Shown here: piece after piece, positions 55,556-64,000 of the stretch
How the letters are laid out: the number at the start of each line of letters is the position of its first letter
Numbering within the stretch: position 1 is the stretch's first letter
DNA from: Octopus vulgaris
Lineage: Eukaryota
Direction: 5' to 3'
NCBI GenBank assembly: GCA_951406725.2
Contig: OX597832.1
Span: 67,084,001 to 67,148,000 of the forward strand
DNA: 64,000 bases
Position numbers and translations under genes: made by a program
Notes under the pieces: generated by a model
Told to the model about the DNA's origin: nothing
The model's input: the letters and a program-made list of their open reading frames with translations, nothing else
The model's database searches: none

Positions 55556-56139
55556 ATTTTACGTATGGATTCATAGAATCGTTTGGCTATCTCCGAAATC
55601 TCTAACGGACTCGGCTAGCATACTACAGGCATACAATACAAAGAAGTATAATGCAGAGTTCTATGCGCATGGATCCGAGAGGATCTGATGAATGAAATTA
55701 TTTAGTGTGGAGTACATAAACCATAAAAATCAAGATGTATAAGTGGCCAATCGACAAAGAGAGGATTACAGTTGTTTCGCTGCTATAACGGTATATGTAA
55801 AATATTTTCTTCAAAATTTGTAACGATTTAAAAAATTTTTTTTTTAAATACAGTGACGTAAAACGTTTGGAATGGAGTCTTCGTATTGTGTGGAATCGCT
55901 TTCGATGTTCAATTTTTCCCATCCATGTGTTATAGAGAAATTCGAATTAACCCACACGAGAAGGATTACCTCAAAGCACGTGTATTTGCACACTTTAAAA
56001 ACGAAAACGCTCACAAGATACAAAGGTTCATTCCTGAAGTCTCGTTTCATTGTTTTTCAGATATTTTTATAAATAGTTCATAATGTTTAAATGGGTGTGT
56101 ATGTGTGTGTTGTATATATGCATCTAGAAATTTATTAGT

Positions 56140-56310
56140 GGTTGTCTTTGCGCTTGTCTGTCATCCCTGTTTCAGAACCGGTGTTTGTTTGTTTATGCGG
56201 GATGAGTGAAAGGCCTTAAAAGTGAGTACCTGTTATGGTTTGTTCGACTAAACCCTTCAAAGCGCTTACCCAGCGTGGACGCAGTCAAATGTCAAAATCA
56301 AAAGAATAAA
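56140..56310 (+). mobile_element. Degenerate SINE 3' half
   Basis: TTGTTCGACTAAA..CCAGCGTGGACGCAGTCAAATG matches the 3' end of 28425-28732. Confidence 0.5.
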
Positions 56311-56949
56311 TGAGAAAAGGTATATATACACACACACACACATAAAAAAGCGCGCGCACGTACATCCGCACACACAAACAAACGCGCACACACATATCGA
56401 TGCGATACATACTTACATGTATATGAAATGGTGCGTTAGTGTGCTGGGAGGTGACTATCGACTTTTTCTGTTTAATTGGTTCTGATGAAGAAGTGGTATT
56501 GTTCAATCCTTTTGCAGTCTCCAGAATTTGCTTCGCTAAATCTTTAGCCGAGAAGATATGTTTTCATAGAAAGGCGAAATAATGATATTAGGGAAGTTAA
56601 CCTTTTTAGTCTATTGAACGAGCGTCGAACCTGATTTTGGACGACACGGGAGATAATATTTTATTAATTGGAAATTAACAATATCATCCTGTGTAATACA
56701 GTGAGCTTAAAAGCCTTAGAAGAAATTTTACACCATATATATTTTTGTTTATAGAATGGAAAATACTATCATTTAAAAGAATTGCATCCTTGAGGATTTC
56801 AAGTAAATGCTTTATCCCGGCGAATGTCAGGAAAGCTCCCCATGAACGCATCATCATTTTCAGCAAATATTTTTTTTTGTATCGGATGTGTTTATCAAAA
56901 TATTATTCTTGATCCATGCTTTTTACATTAGGATCTGCGCTATACGTTT

Positions 56950-57035
56950 TTCATTGCTAACACCATGCTAGAGCACCGCCTTTAGTTGAAGAAATCGGCC
57001 CCAGGACGTATTCTTTGCAAGCCCATTATTCTATA
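56950..57035 (-). mobile_element. SINE 3' fragment
   Basis: CCATGCTAGAGCACCGCCTTTAGTTGAAGAAATCG..CCAGGAC.TATTCTTTG matches 9431-9486. Confidence 0.65.
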
Positions 57036-59848
57036 GGCCAGTCCAATGCACTCGTTTTACCACCATTTAAGACGAGTAGTCTTTTTCCCACCATCTGTTT
57101 CTTCCGCCCTGAAGAACTTTCTGAACGCAAAAGATTTACGAAGCTCCAGTTAGTTGAATAAATTACTTTGTTGCAGGGAAGAGGATAAAAAAGAAAAAAT
57201 GTAAACCGCACTTTCGTTAGAGAGGGATAACATGTTTATGAATAATGCTGAATTATAATAGCGCAGTAAATATGATAGATGTTGATTCACAGCCATCAAT
57301 TCATATCACAGCAAGCATACCTGAAACGCTTTTCGCTATTGCATCATGTTAACTCTTTCTTTTGATGATTTAACTTAAGTTGGAACGTCATGCACCTGAT
57401 ATATTGAACAAGCATTTCTTGTCGTTGTGTGTCTTTGCTATAAGTCTATTTATATAATAATTGAATTAATAGGAATTTTGCTAGAACTGATACACATGCA
57501 CGAATGAAATATGATACAAGAGTAATAATCTCCGTCCTCATTCCCTGATGTATGTATATAGCAGTTTATCTCTAAGAAGAACAGTTAAGTTTCAACGTCT
57601 CGAAGATGTCAAGCAACCTTAATAACTTTTGATATTATTTGCACGTTCGCTTGCTATCAGCGAAGAATTCTTCAATTTTGAAATTGTTATTCAACTATTT
57701 GACATCTCTAAGCACATAACATAAGAATTCTGCTTAATAGATAATAAGATAATAGAGAAATAATCAGTTTGTGCAAGCAATGAGACTAGAAGGAATAACC
57801 ACGTACATTGCTGTGTCAGTCGATAGCTTTCCTAAGCTTTGATCGGAGAAGGGATGTTGAAATACTGAGCGGTGTTAATATTATTATAGACAATGTCGTC
57901 TTTAAATGCAGGGCACTAATTATTACCATCTTAACTACTGGCCGTAATGCTACTCTCATCTACATTATGTATCTTGGTGAATACCTTAGGGCAATTCTGA
58001 CATTGTAATGAGAGATATCATTCAATTATTCGTTAGTGACGTGTCATTATATATCTGCTATTTTAACATTCGTATAAAGGTCTTCAGAAAACCTTATCTT
58101 TCTAATTGGAAGTCTTCCTATAATTAGATTAAAATTTCTGTATTGGCTTACCTGGCTCGTCAATCGCCTACTTAGACCGATTATCTGAAATACGTTGATG
58201 TGTATCGAAATTTTGATTCAGTACTTTTGATTGTTTCACACAGAAATTGAATTGGTCTCTTAACTAAGCTGTACATTCAATAAGATGAGGTGTATGACAG
58301 TTCCTTTCAAAAGTTGACCTTATACATCAGAAAGATAATGTGCACTCTAACTCGCCGAATTTTCAATTGAGCTAGAATCAACATTCAAAATTGTTTCATG
58401 TATTCATATTTTAATTTTGCTAAGTTTTCAATCGTCTGCAAAGTTACACTTGTAAATGGTTGCTTCCTGTTTCCGGAGTTCAAATTCATTCATATACACT
58501 TCATACATTTCGATGTAGCTCACGGCATTTTGTGCGTCATAGTTTACCTAACTTTATGATGTATTTAACAACATATCGACTCTTCGGCAAATGTTAACCA
58601 CGATGAAGTAGCATATTAACACGTGGTTTTTCATTTCTCAACCTTCTATCGATCTGTGGAACAGAATGATTTGCAATCCTTTTCTCTTTTGATTAAAATG
58701 GAAGGTTTCTCACGTTGTTAATATTCGCTTGTTTTGATCAAATGGCAAATCAATTACGTCATTTTCTTTCTATCCTATTTATTGTGTAATTAAAACTTCG
58801 AAAACTTAGCTTCATATCAATGACTAGTCAAAATGAAAGCGTACTCCGAACTACTGACAAGGAGACAAACTAAAGTGGGAAAATGTTTCTGCTGAAATTC
58901 ATATTTTTTTTACTCACGTCTCTTTCTCACAACATTCTGACGCGTTACTTTATGCGCTATTGAATTAAATAACGGAATTATTAATAAATGCACGTGGTGA
59001 TAATGGATAAGTGAATGAAACAAAAGCTGACGTGGTGTTCTTTGATGCCTAATATCAGACTCTATGCAGACGTACAGCTGACTCAGTGTTCCATGTAACT
59101 CTATTTATAATAAATCATGCTAAATTATGTTCCAGGATTCTCTGGGGAAGACTTTTGAAAGAAAATGGTCGGCTATCTAGAGTAAAATTTGATTTGTGTT
59201 CTTGATCCCGTATAAAGATTACGTTTAAAAGTTTGAATCATAAATTTTGAATCCTGTCTGAGAGAAGAACTTGGACACTATATTAGACTAATTACAACAT
59301 CAGGTCCTACTAAAGAAAAGAACAATCCAGACATACCCACAACAATCACAAGCCATCGTCCAAAATTAAAATATGTACGCATTAGAAAGTGTAATATCTT
59401 TCATTACGCTTTCGTTACAGTCGAACGTTATTAATAATTGCTACTTATCGAACAGAAATAGTCCAGAGCAAATCTGCATCGACAGAAAAGCCTTTACTTA
59501 GTAAACAGGCGTTAAAACTTTTTGAAATCACAATTTACAGTCTTACGAAAACAGGCGGATCTATGCAATAGGAAGTGAAGCATATTCGTAGAAGAAATGT
59601 CCAGAGTGAGTATTATTTCTTCGATTGTAGATGTTTGTCAAGATGTTTGTCAATGGCGAATGACATTTAGAAAAAAAAGCATGAACAGCAACAGCAAGAA
59701 CAACAACAATTACAATAACATCTCTAAATTACTAATTGCATAAGGATGACAATGATTAATAAATACAGCCCGGGTCAAATTTATGTTATAATGTATCGCC
59801 GATATTTGTTCTACAGGAAGCTGACATCTCGTTCGAAACACTGGTTAT

Positions 59849-59923
<75 letters not shown>

Positions 59924-60564
59924 CTTTCTGCCATTTTTCATACGTAATAATAACTACAACAAAACCCACAAAGACACAATGACTTAAAGCAGTCATTTAA
60001 AATAATGTAGGTTAGGCGTTTGTAAGTCTATGATAAGCAAGCAGTACTTCGATTTATTTCCTATGAATGAATAATTTCCGTTTTCTACTATTTTTTTTAA
60101 TAACGGAAAATGTATATAAGCCCAAGTGGTACTTATCCTATAAAAGACGCATTTATGATAAGCAAAATATAAATACAAACATAAAAGTAAAAGAACAACA
60201 GGATAGAATAAAGTGTAAAGCGTTAAGGAGTCACGAGACTATAAAATATAATACGTCCGTGTAGATAAAGAGCAATCTACCCATTTACAACAGAGGTCTT
60301 AATATATATATATATATTTCGCCGATATTCCGATATTCCAATATATGAACTGTTTTAAAATCAATGACATTAATGATAGTTATTACAACATAAAGGTTAT
60401 ATCGAAATTCAATGATATATTTGCGTTTATTAGGAGAAACAAACATTTTATTTTTTTTATTATACATCTCAAGTAGAATATTAGTCAGCTATTCACGCAC
60501 AAATGTTATATATGCCATACATAATATATAATGCATAAACTTTTATATATACATATATATATTT

Positions 60565-60603
<39 letters not shown>

Positions 60604-60670
60604 GATAGATTTATATATATATAAACTTATATATATGTATACATACATACATGCATATATATGTGGGTGG

Positions 60671-60721
<51 letters not shown>

Positions 60722-62454
60722 TATATATATACATATATGCATATATATGTGTGTGTGTACAGAGACAGGCAGGGGTACGTGAGAGAGACGTACATAGACA
60801 CAGTGATAGACAGAAAAGCAAATACATGGATAGTTATATTGTCTATCAGAGGTAGTTAGATAGATAGATCTGCTGGTAATAGGTAGTTGAGTAGTTTCGT
60901 GGGTAGAAGTTGGAGTTAAAAGGAATCATAGCATCCTGACTCATCGGTTTACTAAATATAACTCCGCACATATTTATTTAGAACAAGAAATTATTTGTTA
61001 ATTTATAAAGTGACCGACTATTATACAAAGGTTTTGTGTTGTATTTGCATCTCAGGGTCCAATTATAGAGGCACAGACATATGAATTAAACATGTTTAAT
61101 TTATGATGAGTACGTGTAGAGAAGATATCTATTTCAGACGAATGGTTTACTGAAAGAACAACTAAAAATTGACTGTTAAACAGTTTATATACACAAATAG
61201 AGAAGCCGTTATATATATTCAAGTTTAGCATCAGCAAATATCGTTATACAACATTTTAAGAAGACAAATACACGCACACGCATATACTTACACCACGGCA
61301 AGTAAACCACAAATAGACTGACAACGATAGACATAGACAGAAATATATATAGACGCTCACAAGGCATACGCAATAACTTAATACCTACATTTCCCTAATA
61401 CAAAGATCACAGAAAGCTTTACTACCAATGGAAGATTTAGCGCTACTTCCCAAAACTGGAGTTCCATTTAATTGCATATGAGGGTCTTTAAAAGCCCATG
61501 TGTCGTCCGAAAGTGAAGCTTCGTGGCGTATGGCAAGATTTCTGCAAATCGTCGGCAGTGATTGCTATATCGTCTGTAATGAACATTTGTATTTTAAACC
61601 AACATTAATGGAGACTCTGTTTAGCTAAGCAATTAGAAATGAACGATCTGTAGCCGGAATCATTCTGAGAGCATTTACATTCAAAATTTTGCAACTCAAC
61701 AAAATATCACATAGATTAGCAGGAAACTTATGACCTGTGATAAGTGGGCGACAAAAGTTTATGTTTCTCTTGATGGTTATATAGTTCTATCGGATAAGGT
61801 AAATTGTTTCTACATTTTTTTTACTATAAAGTTTATTGCTTATTGATGTGGATTACGGAATAAGAAAAATATTATCATCAAATACGATCGTCATACAGGT
61901 TTCCTTATTGCATTGCGCATTATTATTGAAAATAGCGTGTGCCGAAGAAATGATGGGAATGACGAACGCTAACTTTATTAAATAAACGTTTAATTACATT
62001 TCTAGGATAGATTTCTTATAGAGATTTCACGGTGTTTAATTCATCATTCTATAGGGATAGAATAACAGTTATTAAGATTTCGAACAGCACATATAATTTC
62101 ATTATCTACAGGTTAGTTTCTATAATAACCGCACTACTATTATTGATTTTTTTAGGATTAAGTTTATATACGAAATAATGCCAAGTGAACGTTACTCGAG
62201 AAGAGAGAAATTAGTTTCAAAAGTTTAAAGCGTGATACCCAATAGTGATATAAATCTTCAATTAGAAATTTAAATATAAAGTGTGGTTTATATAGTAACC
62301 AGACATTTGAATCTTAAAAATTACATTTTTGTTAGTTTAATCGAAACATTTATGCAACTTGAGAGAGGTAAAACTAAGTTAGAATTGAACTGCCTTTGGC
62401 CACTGTACTTAACAAATTAAACAAAATGGATGAAGCAAGAATATAAATATATAC

Positions 62455-62510
<56 letters not shown>

Positions 62511-62880
62511 AGAGTTTACAACAAAAAAAACAAAAGAAGAAGACAGGTGGTGTACAAAACAAACAGATGTATTAGTATAACGCTCAGGAATAGAAACAGT
62601 ATTTTACATTTCAAGCCTACGCTCTTCTACAGAAAGGGACACAGAAAAAACAAGGAGAGAAAAAAAATGTGTGTAGTGGCTAACGATATATCATGGGGAC
62701 TAGTGCCGGACAGAAAGGTCAAACACGAGAAGGAAAGTAGGGGAGATAACAAGGTAAAGATGATCCCCAACACGAAATATATATATATATATATATATAA
62801 TAATAATAAATATTAGGGAATAAATCCAACTTTACAGGGAAAAAAATCAGATTTAGGATTAAATCCAATTTTATAGTAAA

Positions 62881-63031
62881 ATATTATAAAATATTATTAG
62901 AGACAAAACCACTATTTTGCAAAACAAACAAGGAAAGACTTAATCAATACATAAAATTTTAAAATTGTATGTATTGATTAAGTCTTTCCTTGTTTGTTTT
63001 GCAAAATAGTGGTTTTGTCTCTAATAATATT

Positions 63032-63040
<9 letters not shown>
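62881..63040. repeat. 160-bp near-perfect palindrome (one mismatched pair, 62954/62967)
   Basis: 62881-62960 is the reverse complement of 62961-63040; the centre is AATTTT|AAAATT. Confidence 0.95.
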
Positions 63041-63083
<43 letters not shown>

Positions 63084-63344
63084 TATATGTTTATATTTAT
63101 GTATGTCTATATATATATATGTCATTATACAGTTTATTTCAAGATTTCTTGCCAATAGAGAAAGAAGTATTTTCTAACCTAGATCCAATGCTCCTTCATT
63201 GGAATTTCACCAAGATATTTTTGTATGCATGCGGGTATGAACGTACACACACCTTTCTCTAACTTGCCGGGATGTTCAGATGTTTTTGCCTGCTTTGCCG
63301 TCTTCAAACTGTAAAAAGAAATTCTCTTACTTATTCATCTAAAC

Positions 63345-63440
63345 CAGTGGTTCTCAACCAGTGCCCATATGGCCATTGAGGGTCCATATAACGTTTTGGA
63401 GGTCTACGCAACGAAATCGTAAATTGGGAATCTAAATATA
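63345..63440 (+). mobile_element. Possible hAT (Charlie-type) terminus / MITE fragment
   Basis: Begins CAGTGGTTCTCAACC, typical of hAT-Charlie TIRs. No partner end was seen. Confidence 0.4.
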
Positions 63441-63469
63441 ACAAAATATTTGAGAAAATTAAAAGATTT

Positions 63470-63715
63470 CAAGACCTAAGTAGAAGAGGGCAACTTTTCC
63501 TGTGGTGAATTGTGAAGTCAGCAGAACACACAAAACAGATTCTTATGGGGATGGAAAGTAATGGAATTGAGACATGCATTACCAAACTGAAAAAAGAGAG
63601 CACTTTTGTATTCCTCAAGAATCCTGAGAAAGATTCAGTGGAGATAAAGGATTTGTTGTCAGAGTATCTGAAGATAATATTTCTGCTAATTAAATTAGAC
63701 TGTAATAATTTTAGA
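63470..63715 (+). mobile_element. Old R4-type C-terminal fragment
   Basis: GIETCITKL, then frameshifted RALLYSSRILRK, followed by (AAC)n. Confidence 0.45.
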
Positions 63716-63764
63716 TGAATAACAACAACAACAACAACAACAACAACAACGATAATATTAATTA

Positions 63765-64000
63765 CAATCCAGTGTGACTCACTGAGTGATGCTCGGAGAC
63801 CTGACGATTTTGTAGTGGACAGAATGAAGAAGGAAACGAAGGTCATAGAAATTGCCATACCTATGAACGGATGAGTGGATGGCAAAATGCTAAAAGATGA
63901 AATTGCACGAATGTAGGCAATGAAGTTCATAATTATACACCCAGTTGTTTTAGGAGTACTAGGAGTATATAAACATCCAGGTTTGAGAAATTTCTTTGGA
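63765..64000 (+). mobile_element. R4-type RLE fragment running off the window end
   Basis: Reads IQCD....ARRPDDFVVDR.KKETKVIEIAIP...LKDEIARM...PVVLGVLG. Confidence 0.75.

Noticed and set aside
59630-59653. 12-bp tandem duplication AGATGTTTGTCA
   Set aside because: An isolated slippage-type duplication with no associated element.

Overview
AT-rich, microsatellite-dense eukaryotic non-coding DNA. The repeat repertoire resembles Octopus/coleoid cephalopod genomes; this is inferred from remembered SINE/LINE motifs and not verified. I found no convincing host exon, rRNA, tRNA or CRISPR array, and most listed ORFs are translations of (TA)n, (CA)n and (AAT)n tracts. The coding signal comes from mobile elements: (i) many 5'-truncated R4/Dong-type non-LTR retrotransposons (RT + CCHC + restriction-like endonuclease) from at least five families, almost all embedded in (AAT)n and stacked in same-orientation trains at 1.3-5.7 kb (+) and 19.4-27.4 kb (-); (ii) an RTE-like RT fragment at 51.6-52.9 kb; (iii) Tc1/mariner relics, including a fold-back element; (iv) tRNA-derived SINEs. 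The best candidates for an undescribed system are two diverged, inverted copies of a non-coding repeat at 8.1-8.45 kb and 9.6-10.2 kb. Each carries a minimal type I hammerhead ribozyme with covarying stem I and an unusually long loop II, and one copy is bounded by ~53-bp direct repeats (retrozyme/Penelope pLTR-like). A ~550-bp non-coding element (three copies) appears to parasitise the (AAT)n-targeting LINEs.
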